64,000 nucleotides of DNA from NCBI GenBank assembly GCA_964016885.1, contig OZ024743.1, positions 341,062,001 to 341,126,000 on the forward strand, in the 5' to 3' direction. Positions 50,869 to 62,700 of this stretch are shown in pieces. Positions within the stretch are counted from its first letter, which is position 1, and every line of letters starts with the position of its first letter. The notes under the pieces were generated by a model, which saw only the letters and a program-made list of their open reading frames with translations, made no database searches and was not told the DNA's origin. The position numbers and the translations under genes were made by a program. This DNA comes from Eledone cirrhosa (taxonomy: Eukaryota).

Positions 50869-51427
50869 ATGGTGGCTGCCAATGCGCTGAACGAGTGTGA
50901 CTTTTTAGTCCAGCCAGCGACTTAAAAACTCTGGTACAAACACTACACTTGCGACAATTATTGACACAGAGTGCTGGGCCCATGGTACCATGTGACGACA
51001 AGTGCAGAGATATCTCCAGATATAAAGCAATGCCTGTGCCGTGAAGCTTTTATAGTGAGCAAAGGAACTGCACAAAGCTAGTCCCACTCTCTTAAACAAG
51101 ATGATATTTACCAAAAAGAAGAACAAGTCAACATCATTGGATACCATCAGGGTTGCAGGTGTTATGTCAGAGTTTTCCTTCTCCTAGAATTCTGCCTTGA
51201 CAAAGGCTAAGGGGTCATCTCTCCCGGTGATTTTGGATGGCTATTGACTCTTAAGAGCTGCTTTGCCCTTTGACAGGTTTTGTTTTTAGTCCTGCAGGAT
51301 GTCCAAAGTCACCCTCCTCACCAAGAAACCTTGGTGGGGTTGCCAGTTTAGTCGCCAACGACCCGACCATAAGACAGGTTGTACTTGGATACATGTTACC
51401 AGTAGCACCAACTGGTTACCTGACACA
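50869..51427 (-). mobile_element. Non-autonomous RTE-like element with (AT)n tail
   Basis: Paralog of 56113-56723 with a ~55-bp deletion; its 3' part encodes a C2H2 finger remnant, [22 protein letters not shown]. Confidence 0.85.
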
Positions 51428-52132
51428 ATGTATATATATATATATATATATACATACATACATACATACATACATACATACATACATACATACATACAAT
51501 GGCGACCGTTGTGGTCAGTGTCCGATAATTGGACGTGTGTAATTACGGCTTACATGAAGGCAACATACCATATATTGGAAAAAGTTGAGCTACATTACGC
51601 GGTAAGATTACATACAATAATTCTACATAAGTGTTTGAACTGTAAGTGTGTTGTAAAACACCTATTTATATGAACGATACATACACTTATGATATATGAA
51701 CGATACATACACTTTAACATATAAATGCAACGTTGTTATATTACATTTATAAAGAAATATAAAAGTAACGTTTTCGATTCAGAAACAAAAATATAAGTGT
51801 TTGAACTGTGAATGTTGTGAATATGTTGTAGAACACCTATTTATATGAATGATACATAAACTTTAACATATAAATACAGCATTGTTATATTATATTACAT
51901 TCGTAAAGGAATATACTAAGTAACGGTTCTTTTTGTTCTCGATTCAAACGATTCAAGAACAACGTTTAAAACACAGTTGTAGAATTAAAAACTAACTGAA
52001 AAGAAATATTACCCAAGCTGTGAATAACTTTAAATTTGATTCTGACAGAACTTTGTCGTAACTTTTAAAGAAGATCATCGACTATTTAAAAAAAAAATAA
52101 ATACAAAATATTAGTGAATAGACGAACTCATC

Positions 52133-53443
52133 ATGGCAAAAAGTACAAGTCTCCTTCGACCAAATCGCAATTACAACCGTTGTATACAGTGGAGCTACGA
52201 GCTTAACAAAGAATTATATGAAGCATACAAACAATCTGAACCCCAAAAGTTCGGTTTTATGCAAAGGCTAAAAACTTTATGGAACTCCAAACACCCAGAA
52301 TTAGACTTTTCTCCAAAGCATCTAAATGAACAGGCAAAACGTATCATTAGATGTAAATTGATACATCTAACGGAATCGAGTGATACTACAAATACAGCCC
52401 TTGTAGACAACCACCCCACCTCCACTGACAGACAAAGAGAATGGCCGGCTAAATCTAACAGTGAACAGCTCACCAACAATTTTGCTGAAATCCATCCCAC
52501 TTCCACTGAAGAACAGCGAGAAAGGTCAGCTGACTCTAGTAGTAATTGTCACCACATCAACAACGAGGCTGCAATTCATGACTCTACTGAACAAACAGAG
52601 CACCAAAAACTTGTGGGCACCCTACAAGTGATATGGAACGATATGTTTCAAGAGATACACAGCCTTAATGTGAGTGACAGACCATACAACACTAGAGTCA
52701 GTAAAGAACCCACTAAATTGGAATTGGAAGCGGTGAACGAAATAGCTGGCAATTATCTGAAGGCTATACGATCTAAAGGTGTAGAAACGACATTTGAAAC
52801 GCTCAATGTTTTGTTATATGTTTCAGCTGTGACATTGCTATCATATAACACACATCTAAAACCACGCAATCAAGATACAAACAGAAAGCCTGAACCAGCG
52901 TGGATGCGAAATTTAAAAACCAAAATTTTGTCCCTGAGACGAAGTATCTCACACATCGCAGTCGTTATGAAATGCAACATAGAGAGAAACTTCACACGAC
53001 ACCAGGAAGACCTAAAGAAAAAGTTAGAGAGACGATTTGGAGATACCAAATTTAAAACTTTGAACTCCAAATTACACCAGTTGAAACAACAACTCACAGC
53101 TACAACAGAAAGACTAAAATATAAGTCAACAGCCCATAAACGACAAGTGCTAAATAGATTGTTTGCCAGAGATCCTAAATCAGTTTATCGCAGCTTCGGT
53201 GGCAAAAGCTCAATCCCTGTAAACGACACCCCTTCAAAAGAACAGGTTGAGAACTACTGGAGATCTGTATGGGAAACGGATGACGGATTCAACAGACAAG
53301 CTAATTGGCTAAAACAACTGGAACAGGACTACTGCCAACATGTCCAGACAAAACAATATGACATAGATGGGTCAATACAGCTCTACAGAAAATGTCGAAT
53401 AGGAAATCGCCAGGCCCAGACCTCATTACAGGATACTGGTTGA
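52133..53443 (+). CDS. N-terminal part of the R4/Dong polyprotein (frameshift near 53370-53400)
   Basis: WSYELNKELYEAYKQSEP...RLKTLWN is homologous to WTKELNRTVMQCYLKSNP...RMHNIWN at 4509-4919; also EPAW, NRLF and YWRSVWE. Confidence 0.85.
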   Translation: MAKSTSLLRPNRNYNRCIQWSYELNKELYEAYKQSEPQKFGFMQRLKTLWNSKHPELDFSPKHLNEQAKRIIRCKLIHLTESSDTTNTALVDNHPTSTDRQREWPAKSNSEQLTNNFAEIHPTSTEEQRERSADSSSNCHHINNEAAIHDSTEQTEHQKLVGTLQVIWNDMFQEIHSLNVSDRPYNTRVSKEPTKLELEAVNEIAGNYLKAIRSKGVETTFETLNVLLYVSAVTLLSYNTHLKPRNQDTNRKPEPAWMRNLKTKILSLRRSISHIAVVMKCNIERNFTRHQEDLKKKLERRFGDTKFKTLNSKLHQLKQQLTATTERLKYKSTAHKRQVLNRLFARDPKSVYRSFGGKSSIPVNDTPSKEQVENYWRSVWETDDGFNRQANWLKQLEQDYCQHVQTKQYDIDGSIQLYRKCRIGNRQAQTSLQDTG

Positions 53444-55635
53444 AGAATTTCACTTTCTATCGGCAAGATCTCATACGGCTGTTTACAGAAACCATTAAGG
53501 GCACACAAGAACTGCCCAGATGGTTATCAACTGCCACTACTCTCCTCATTCCCAAAAATAGCCAAACCACCCTTGCTAAAAATTACCGCCCAATTGCCTG
53601 CCAAAACATCATGTATAAATTATATACTGGGTGCCTTAACCTGTTCTTACAGGATCACTGTGCTACCAACAACATCATAACACCTGAGCAAGCTGGTGGA
53701 AAGAGGGAGGTGTGGGGTTGCATAGATCACCTACTAACTAACAAAATGATTCAGGAAAAAACAACAAAGAATCGCAGAAACATGACTGTCGTGTGGCTGG
53801 ACTATCAAAAAGCATTTGATAGTGTACCTCATGGGTGGATTATTAAGGCTTTACAGTTAGCTAAAGTCCCACAACCATTAGTAGCTGCTGTTGAACGCCT
53901 GACCAAGAACTGGTACACCAATTTGATCCTTAGAGGTGAGAAGGAGCAGGTTAAGACTGATAGGATACATTACCAGAAGGGCATCTTTCAGGGTGATAGC
54001 TTGTCAGTACTACTCTTCGTTCTCTCACTGAATCCACTATCTTACCTACTCAGGAAACAAGGTGGACAAAGAAGTGGGCCCAGAAGTATCTCCCATCTTT
54101 TCTTTGTTGATGACCTGAAGTTGTATGGGCCAAATATCAATGACATCAAGAAACAATTGGACCTCATTACACAATTTTCAACCGACATCAAAATGAAATT
54201 TGGTGAGTCCAAGTGTGCATATTTGGCAGTAAAACGTGGAAGAGCTGTGCCCTCCTCTAGAAATCTAGATATGAACGGCCTGACAATACAACCTCTGCAG
54301 TCAGGTGACAACTACAGATATCTTGGACAGGATGAGAATGTCAGATATGATGGACCCATAAATAAGGAGAGAACCAGAACTGAATACCTCAGAAGAGTAA
54401 AAAAAATATGGTCATCAGAACTGTCAGCATACAACAAATACATTGCCCACAATACCTATGCTGTGCCAATTATAACGCCAACATTTGGCCTATTGAACTG
54501 GTCATTGCAAGAACTAAGTGAGATGGATGTTAGAACTCGTAAACTTCTCAGTGTTACTGGGAACTTTAACATCAATGGTGATGTGGATAGGCTATACTTC
54601 TCACGCAAGGAAGGTGGCCGGGGTCTAAAATCAATATTAACAACATATGAGACCCGGATAGTAACACTGAAGCAACACCTTCAACAGAGGAAAAAGGTTG
54701 GCGACCATCTTGCTCAGGTTTATGAGCATGAAAAAAGAAATATCATTAGAATAGCGACTGATCTGGAGGAGAGATATGGAATAAAGCCTGATATAAATCT
54801 CTCACCCAGAGAAATCGGAAGATCCTATTCAATGTTCAAACAAGAAAAAAAAATTGACCAATTTACAGAGAAAGTTGTGCATGGATACTTGAGGCGTAAA
54901 ACACAGACCATAGAGGGGATAAACCACTCAAAAAGCCTGGCATGGAGTTCCGACAAGTTTATGACATCACACCTTGAGGGATATCTCTATGCAATACAGG
55001 AACAAGAACTCCCTACCAAATATCTGCTGCACAAAAGAGGAGGGCCAGCAGCTGACAATAAATGTAGGCTATGTAAAACAAAGATCGAGGATGTAAGCCA
55101 CATTGTTGCCAGCTGCGAAAGAATGTCATCTCGCTACTACCTCCCCATGAGACACGATGGGATAGCTAGAACTATCTGGAACGCACTTCGGAAAACAAAA
55201 TTAACAACAAACGAGGAAGAATATATTGAGACAGATGGCACTAAGGAATACTGGTGGAACCTGAAAATAAAAACTGCCACCAAATTAAAGCACAACCGGC
55301 CTGATATTGTAGTTTGGGACCACACATTGAAAACGTGTTCTGTTGTGGAGATCAGCTGCCCACTTGATGTAAACGTTGTCAGAAAAATACAGAAGAAGGA
55401 GGACATCTACGGACCATTGATGAGGAGCTTACAAATCCAGTATCCAAGATACACCTTTAGCTTCATACCCATCATTATTGGTGCTACGGGTTATATACCA
55501 ACCCGCTTGGACCAAAGTATGACCGAACTTGGATTTGCGGACAAAAAGCGCAGCTCCCTAATTCATAGTCTACAAATGGCTGCGATAGCTGGCACCTTCA
55601 AAATATGCAAAACATTCTTGCGATTCAAGGGATGA
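53392..55635 (+). CDS. Reverse transcriptase, CCHC finger and restriction-like endonuclease (C-terminal part of the same polyprotein)
   Basis: KSPGPD, NYRPIAC, DYQKAFDSVPH, GIFQGDSLS, FFVDDLK, YLG, CRLC...HIVASC, RHD, NRPDIVVWD and VEISCP motifs. Confidence 0.95.
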   Translation: MSNRKSPGPDLITGYWLKNFTFYRQDLIRLFTETIKGTQELPRWLSTATTLLIPKNSQTTLAKNYRPIACQNIMYKLYTGCLNLFLQDHCATNNIITPEQAGGKREVWGCIDHLLTNKMIQEKTTKNRRNMTVVWLDYQKAFDSVPHGWIIKALQLAKVPQPLVAAVERLTKNWYTNLILRGEKEQVKTDRIHYQKGIFQGDSLSVLLFVLSLNPLSYLLRKQGGQRSGPRSISHLFFVDDLKLYGPNINDIKKQLDLITQFSTDIKMKFGESKCAYLAVKRGRAVPSSRNLDMNGLTIQPLQSGDNYRYLGQDENVRYDGPINKERTRTEYLRRVKKIWSSELSAYNKYIAHNTYAVPIITPTFGLLNWSLQELSEMDVRTRKLLSVTGNFNINGDVDRLYFSRKEGGRGLKSILTTYETRIVTLKQHLQQRKKVGDHLAQVYEHEKRNIIRIATDLEERYGIKPDINLSPREIGRSYSMFKQEKKIDQFTEKVVHGYLRRKTQTIEGINHSKSLAWSSDKFMTSHLEGYLYAIQEQELPTKYLLHKRGGPAADNKCRLCKTKIEDVSHIVASCERMSSRYYLPMRHDGIARTIWNALRKTKLTTNEEEYIETDGTKEYWWNLKIKTATKLKHNRPDIVVWDHTLKTCSVVEISCPLDVNVVRKIQKKEDIYGPLMRSLQIQYPRYTFSFIPIIIGATGYIPTRLDQSMTELGFADKKRSSLIHSLQMAAIAGTFKICKTFLRFKG

Positions 55636-55717
55636 CAATTTCTTTTCTTTTACAACCTTGCCACCAGGAAGGTGGCCGGTCAAAAAAATATACTCGAAAT
55701 TAAGAGAAAGAGAAAAC

Positions 55718-55777
<60 letters not shown>

Positions 55778-55787
55778 TGACCTTGTT

Positions 55788-55838
55788 AGTTTCAGAAGAT
55801 CCCGTTAAGGGTGAAAGTTGCGATTCTTTGCTTAAACT
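55788..55838 (+). ncRNA. Hammerhead with variant core CAGAAGA (stem III partly mutated)
   Basis: agttt-CAGAAGA-tccc(gttaa)gggt-GAAA-gttgcgattctttgc-TT-aaact. Confidence 0.55.
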
Positions 55839-55858
55839 TTAATCTGTTATTTTAATAA

Positions 55859-55950
<92 letters not shown>

Positions 55951-56080
55951 GTACATATATACATACATACATACACATATATATAAATATATTTTTATTA
56001 AGATAAATCTTCTTCAGGAGATCCCGTTAAGGGTGAAAACAGCGATTCTTTGCTTAAACTTTAATCTGTTATTTTAATAA

Positions 56081-56112
<32 letters not shown>

Positions 56113-56116
<4 letters not shown>

Positions 56117-56723
56117 TGGCTGCCAACTCATTTTCGAGTACGGCTACTACTTTATATCCATGTAGGAGAACCCCTACCGATGCGCTAAACAAGTGTGACT
56201 TTTTAGTCCAGCCAGCGACTTGAAAACTCTGCTACAAACACTACACCTGTTACAATTATTGACACTTAGTGCTGGGCCTATGGCACCATATGACGACAAG
56301 TGCAGAGAGATCTCCAGATATAAAGCAATGCCTGTGCCGTGAAGCTTTTATAGTGGGCAAAGACACTGCACAAAGCCAGTCCCACTCTCTTAACCAAGAT
56401 GATATTTACCAAAAAGAATAACAAGTCAACATCATTGGATACCATCAGGGTTGCAGGTGTTATATCAGAGTTTTCCTTCTCCTAGAATTCTGCCTTGCCA
56501 TAGGCTAAGGGGTCAACTCTCCCGGTGATTTTGAATGCCCATTGACTCTTAAGAGCTCCTTTGCCCTTTGACAGGTTTTGTCTTTAGTCCTGCAGGATGT
56601 CCAAAGTCACCCACCTCACCAAGAAACCTTGGTGGGGTTGCCAGTTTAGTCGCCAACGACCCGACCATGAGACAGGTTGTGCTGGGATACATGTTACCAG
56701 TAGCACCAACTGGTGACCTGACA
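56113..56723 (-). mobile_element. Most complete copy (~610 bp) of the non-autonomous RTE-like element
   Basis: Bipartite: LINE-like 5' UTR plus 3' C2H2-finger remnant and (AT)n tail; flanked by long direct repeats. Confidence 0.87.
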
Positions 56724-57870
56724 TATATATACGTACATATATATAAATATATATTTATTAAGATAAATCTTCTTCAGGAGATCCCGTTAAGGGTGAAAGC
56801 AGCGATTCTTTGCTTTAATTTTAATCTGTTATTTTAATAAATATTTGTTCTACATTTCTTATATATTTGATATATATTTATCCTTATCGATCCCTCTTTA
56901 GATTTTAGTCTTCAAATTTATTATTATTACTATATAAATATATATATACACTCTAGTATTTTAATTCTTAAATATATATATATATACGTATATATGTGTG
57001 TATGTCTATACACACCACACACACTAACACATTTATATATATATATATATATATATATTTGTATTCCTTTGTGAATGAGTGTTTGTGTGTTAATGGTGAT
57101 TTTTTGTTGTTGTTGTGGTATTTTCAATAGTGAAAGAATATATCAAATGCGTCGTTTATCTGACGCCTCGTAAATATAAAATATTTCCAAGTAAGCTAAA
57201 TGTATATAGTGACTCCAAAACATAAATTCAAAACTATCTCTTTTATTCAAAGAAGTTTCATTTCGTATGGAAAGTAATTCTACCAGACTAATCAATAAAT
57301 CTTGACGGATTTAGTCGTCTATAATATAAAAAATACATAAGGTTCAGGTCAAATGCCTTCGTAGCAAAAATGAGATTATCACATTATATTTACAAATATG
57401 AAAATAGTAAAGTTTACCTTTAACTTTTAGCAAAAACAAAACAAAAACATAAATAAACTTGAAAGAGTTAATGTGTATGGGATAAACAATATAGATACAT
57501 GAAATAGCAGACGAGTGAAAATCACTTGACAATTTATATTCTGCGTGTCAGACAAAAAAAAATCTATATTTGCTATATTTTCAAATAGAGAAAGTAAGTA
57601 ACAGGAATCAAATAATAACATTTAAGTGTATATATAACAGTTAAAAACCAAATAGCATGCGAATGTAAACAGATGAAAAAAGCTAACTAAGCAGTTATTG
57701 TACGCTAAGTATAATTTACATGCGTCATAGTGTTAGCTGTCATATGTGTTGTTATTTTTATGGCGAATAAACTGGAGAAAGTTTGTAAAGAAAATACGCC
57801 ACAAGGATGAGCAGAAATTAAAATATTCTAAAATAACTACATTTTGTCACCATAGGGAAACATTGGTGGA

Positions 57871-58478
57871 GTGACAAACATAGTTTCTGAAATAGGCAAT
57901 TGGCTGCTGACTTCAGGTACTTATTTGTTGGGTGAAATCGAATGCTAAGATTCAAGAATTTAACCATTAATTGTTGCTGGGCTAGCTCTTTAAAAAGTAA
58001 ATTGGCATGTGTCGATCTGTTATATATATTCGGGCAAAGAGATTATTTCTCAGTGGAATATATGGGAAATATCTTGTTTTAATAATTGTTTCTACTTTTA
58101 GCACAAGGCCAGCAATTATCCAGTGCATTACTGGTACTTTATTTGCCACTCTGAGTTCAAACCACGCCGATGTTAACTTTGCCTTTCATCCTTACAGGGT
58201 CGATAAAATAAAGTACCAGCAATGCACTGGGTATTTGCTGGCCTTATGCCAAAAGAAGAAACAATTATTAAAACAAGATATTTCCCATATATTCCACCGA
58301 AGAAAAGTTTCGTTGCCTGAAGAGATATCACGGATCGAGACATGCCAAGTTACCTTTTTAAGAGCTAGCCCATCAACAATTAATGGTTAAATTCTTGAAT
58401 CATACATTCAATTTCACCCGACAAATAAGTACCTGAGGTCAGCAGCCAATTACCTTTTTCAGAAACTATGTTTGTCAC
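57871..58478. repeat. Diverged inverted repeat (~275-bp arms) whose inner ends are SINE 3' parts; the arms hold a decayed hammerhead-like motif
   Basis: 57871-58144 versus 58206-58478; CTGAAGA-gat...atc-GAGA-catg near 58316-58344. Confidence 0.85.
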
Positions 58479-59342
58479 AATACCAATTTTGCTTGTTTCA
58501 GACGGTAGGAACATACGACAAAAGCTTTTAACTCGGTCATTAATGATTGGGCAAAGTTTGCTGCAGAAGTGGTTCTTTTTAGTACCAGTCTAAATTAAGA
58601 AATCTTAAAAGGTTTTGTTGGACATTCTGTTGATTCTGCCAATTCTCGACTCTTTTGAATCAAAGTGCGTCTCTGAGTTCAATCGACCAAATAGAAATAG
58701 AAGCAAAACATATCCCCCCGTATCAGGGCTCTGTCCTAAGGTAGAGAGTAAAGATAAACTCCTTTTATCTCGTATTAGTCTCATGTTATTGGCGCTATTT
58801 GACCCCAAAATTATACTTCATGAAGCAGACTAAAGCGTTACAACCGGAAATATCCTTTCATGTTGATAGTAGAGTGCATGCAGGACTGTATTATTCATTA
58901 CGCTTTTTTCTTAGACAGTAGACTTGTCATTTGAGGCAGATTCCGCTGTCTTGTGACGGTGTGTACGTACCCTAAAAACACAACCAACGTTGTACGTTGT
59001 TTGCCGATTGAGTGTAAAACTACACATTGTAATAAAATAGAAACAGAACATAGGAGAAATTGTTCAGCTGTCAGGCAGAGTGTATATTGTGTTGGTCAGT
59101 AAATTGATAACCTTGGCTTCTAAGAAAGGTATCCTGAATCCTGTACCGGAAAGACATTATTTAATGCAGGTTTATAATTGGAAGATTCTCTTCAAATTTG
59201 CATATAGGTTTATCGTAGTGGGAATCCATTCAGATTTATTACAAATGCCATAAACACTAAAGTGTATAAATCTTCTTATACATATGCAAAATTATTCTTT
59301 TCGTTTTCTCTTCTGATTCCAATCTATTATTAATATTGATTT

Positions 59343-59554
59343 GGGCGGTGCATTGGCAGTATCAGTAGAGGGTCGGACGCCATGCTTTCCAGCATAGTTA
59401 CGTCCCTTTACGATCTCAGTTCAAATCCCGCCGAGTTAACTTTGCCTTTCATCATTAGAGGGTCGATAAAATAAAGCACCAGTAAGGTACTGGGGTCGAT
59501 TTAATCGACTTTACCCTCCTACAAATCACTGGCCTTGTGCCTCTACTAGAAATC
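59343..59554 (+). mobile_element. Full-length tRNA-SINE family 1 (long variant) with 17-bp TSD; older SINE copies follow to about 59880
   Basis: attattaatattgattt occurs at 59326-59342 and 59555-59571. Confidence 0.9.
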
Positions 59555-60149
59555 ATTATTAATATTGATTTATTACGTGCCTTTACGTTCTGAGTACAAA
59601 TCACGCCGAGGTTAGATTTGCTTTTGTTCTTACGAATTTGATAAAATGAATACCAGTAACACACTGGAGTTCGTCTAAAAGACTTCCCCTCAACTCCACA
59701 ATTTAGGCAAGGGGATTGAATTCGTACCTTTACGTTCTGTGTTCAAATCCCGCCGAGCTTAGCTTTCCATTTCATCCTTATGAAGTTGATAAAATGAAGT
59801 ACCAGTAACACACAGGGGTCTATTTAATGCCCTCTCCCAAAATTGTAGGCCTTGTGTCTAGATCAGAAGCCAATATCATTTCACTATTTATCAAGACCAA
59901 CTTTGATGTTACTTGGCATGATGAAGGTTTCTCCTTTGGGTGCCACGTCTTCTGACACCTGATCAAAAGCGTGACAGGCTGATCAAATCACGGGAAAATT
60001 TGACATTGTTTGAGGCAATGCAATGATGTTTATAACCTGTGGAAACAGAGACATCCAAGTATTGGAAATATATCGGAAATATTCAAAGAAATATTTGAAA
60101 TTTGGTTTTATTATTTCCATCATAAATGAGGACTTTGTTTCTCATTCCC

Positions 60150-60224
<75 letters not shown>

Positions 60225-60424
60225 GCTCTCTCTGTCCTTACTTCCCTACTTGAATGACTATAGGAAAAAGAGATAAACAGATTTCTTTCCTCAAGTGCAA
60301 CATAGAAAAGAAAAAAAACAAAAACAAAACGAAATGAAAAGAGACGCACTCCTCTTTTCTTTCTCTCTTTCTCTTACTTTATTTATCTATTTGTCTGTCT
60401 CTGACTTTATCTAACTCTTCTCCC

Positions 60425-61000
60425 ATACATGGAAAACGTTCAAATAGGTCTGTTAAACCATACTAAAGAGTTATTATCAAACTGGAAACGAACTCTTTGA
60501 CTATGAATATAGATTTTAAAATTTTATTACGGGAACAATAATTTTGATAATAAAGATATATGAAAATATGATGTAATACTTTCCCTTGCATCAAACAAAG
60601 AAAATATACAGAACTGGTAGCCACCGAGAGGCAGACGTTTATTTAATTCCTGTGAACATAAACATACTACCAAGTGAAGTACACTCAAATAAATACGACG
60701 AGAGTTGGTCGTGGTGTATGGAAAGTTATGAAAGACGTTCGTATTTCAAACATGAATATTTATTCCACGTGATTTCTCTTCGCTCGCCTATATAGAATCA
60801 CACAGAAAATTCCAAGATAGATAATGTTAGGATAGAAAAATAAATCCCTAACGAGGAATTCACCTCCACTAAAAACGTAGTTTAAGTGTGAAATAACATT
60901 TTAGAAATGTCGCAATGAAGACAACGAATATAAAAGGACATTTCGAGATTATGTATTCAGATGAGTAAAACAAAGATTTTCAATATTTTAAGAGATCGAA
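60425..61000 (+). mobile_element. Highly decayed R4-like RT fragment
   Basis: My hand translation gives LLSNWKRTL, IYRTGSH...INIL and YLFHV, in the order expected for NW.T.L / IFQGDS / HLFFVDD. Confidence 0.3.
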
Positions 61001-61262
61001 GAAAAATTTCGGAAAATGCCGAACCTTAAAGTTGGCAACTGTCTAGAAGGTCGCGTAACGAATAAATGTTCCTTGCATCGCTTCAAAATCATTTAAACGG
61101 GGATGTGGGTCAAATATGATTAGAAATTAAAAAGGTTGCGTTATTATTAATACTTGGCAGAACCATGCGAAGGTCAGGCAAAATGCTTGTTCTGAATCTT
61201 TACATTCTAAATTCAAATCCCACCGAGGTTGATTTTATATTTCCTTATTCTGGGACCGATAA

Positions 61263-61437
61263 GGGCGGTGGATTGGCAGTATCGGTAGAGGGTCGGACGT
61301 ATAGAGTTACGGTCCTTGTCATTCTGAGTTCAAATCCCGCCGAGGTTAACCTTGCCTTTCATCCTTACGGGGTCGATAAAATAAAGTACGAATAATGCAC
61401 TGGGTAATTTCTGGCCTTGTGCCAAACGTAGAAACAA
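61263..61437 (+). mobile_element. Young tRNA-SINE nested in an older SINE (about 61155-61520), with 18-bp TSD
   Basis: ttattctgggaccgataa occurs at 61245-61262 and 61438-61455. Confidence 0.92.
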
Positions 61438-61768
61438 TTATTCTGGGACCGATAAAATAAAATACCAGTTAAGTACTCAGGTCGATTTAAAATGGTGGCC
61501 TTGTGCATAAGGAAAAATTATTATTGATTTATTCATTTCTTCATTTTTGTCTCGATCATTACATATGAATATTAATAAAATCGGAATTTTACACCGAATT
61601 ATTTTTCACATTTCATGAGAAACTTGGTCTGTTTCTGATTGATATATATAGAGATAGAACGATGTAATATAATACTTGTCAAGGAAATTGTTTGTAAATA
61701 TATACTTTAATGATATTGCTAAAATTAGGTTGGAAAGCGTTCAAGTCTATTTTTAGTAATTTCATATC

Positions 61769-61810
<42 letters not shown>

Positions 61811-62511
61811 CTATGTGTGCTTGTGTATGTGCGTATGTATATATATATATATATAGCTTAAAATGGAATGAGAATAAAAAGAAAGTAAGAACGGGGGGGG
61901 GGGGGTCCTCATCAGTTGTCTACTGGAGGTCCCGGATATTTCAACGCTTTAAAGACGAGATATCTACCCCCAGAGCGTTCAATAACTGGATACGTTATTG
62001 GGACACGGAGGAGAAAGGGAAGGAAAATATAAGGGAAAAGTAACGAAAAGAGAATATAGCGAAGAAAACAACAAACAGAGCAATGTGCGAGCAACTTAAG
62101 ATAAGAAAATCCAAGACCACATGAGACCGAAAACAGAACTTAAGTCCAAGAGCGTGTGGGCGAACGAAAAGACACGTCTGACCCCAGCGAGTGTAAGGGA
62201 GAAAAGGACTGCTAGGGGGTCAGGCGAGGGAAACAATGAGGTGGCTACAGAGAGAGGATGAGTGAAAGTGAGAGGGAGAAAGGGAGAGGAAGAAAGAGGG
62301 GTAAGAGTAGATAGTAACGAAATAGGAGAGAGAAGAATGATCACAGCTAAACATGATAAAATATATGGAGAATAAGACACTTTATTTCACGTTGCACCCT
62401 CTACCTGGAGTTGCGACTGATAGATATTATTAGCAATTGAAAGACCAACGGAAACATTGTTTCCTCGGTCGGATTTGACGAAAGTCGATCGACTGTCGAT
62501 ATATATATATA

Positions 62512-62700
62512 TCTATACTATAAATCTGACGGCCGTGTGTAAGAAACAAACTTTCCGCCAAGTGGCTGGAACAAACGGCACCAAATTTGCACCATAGGTG
62601 TAACATTTTCCAAGTAAGAAAGTGAGGGTATTTTTGTCTACTGAATTTTGTTAAAAGATTAAAGACATTATTTAAATATTCACTTCTTTAAATTTTCAAA
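62512..62700 (+). mobile_element. Possible 5' end of a non-autonomous Helitron
   Basis: A|TCTATACTATAAA start and accaaatttgcacc motif; no clear 3' hairpin found. Confidence 0.4.

Larger units (their letters stand above)
51498..55716 (+). mobile_element. Apparently full-length R4/Dong-clade LINE inserted in (CATA)n
   Basis: (CATA)n on both sides; ~630-bp 5' UTR, one long ORF broken once, ~80-bp 3' UTR. Confidence 0.93.

Noticed and set aside
50732-51001. C2H2 zinc-finger ORF as a host zinc-finger gene
   Set aside because: A single finger at the 3' end of a dispersed repeat, running into (AT)n; a LINE remnant.
50869-56723. The two ~0.6-kb direct repeats flanking the R4 element read as LTRs of a composite element
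   Set aside because: They are antisense to the LINE, separated from it by microsatellites and other repeats, differ by a deletion, occur elsewhere alone, and the right copy has its own TSD.
61905-61990. aacgct...agcgtt-GAAA and a downstream CTGATGA on the minus strand
   Set aside because: The core upstream of stem II is degenerate, and the downstream CTGATGA lacks a following GAAA.
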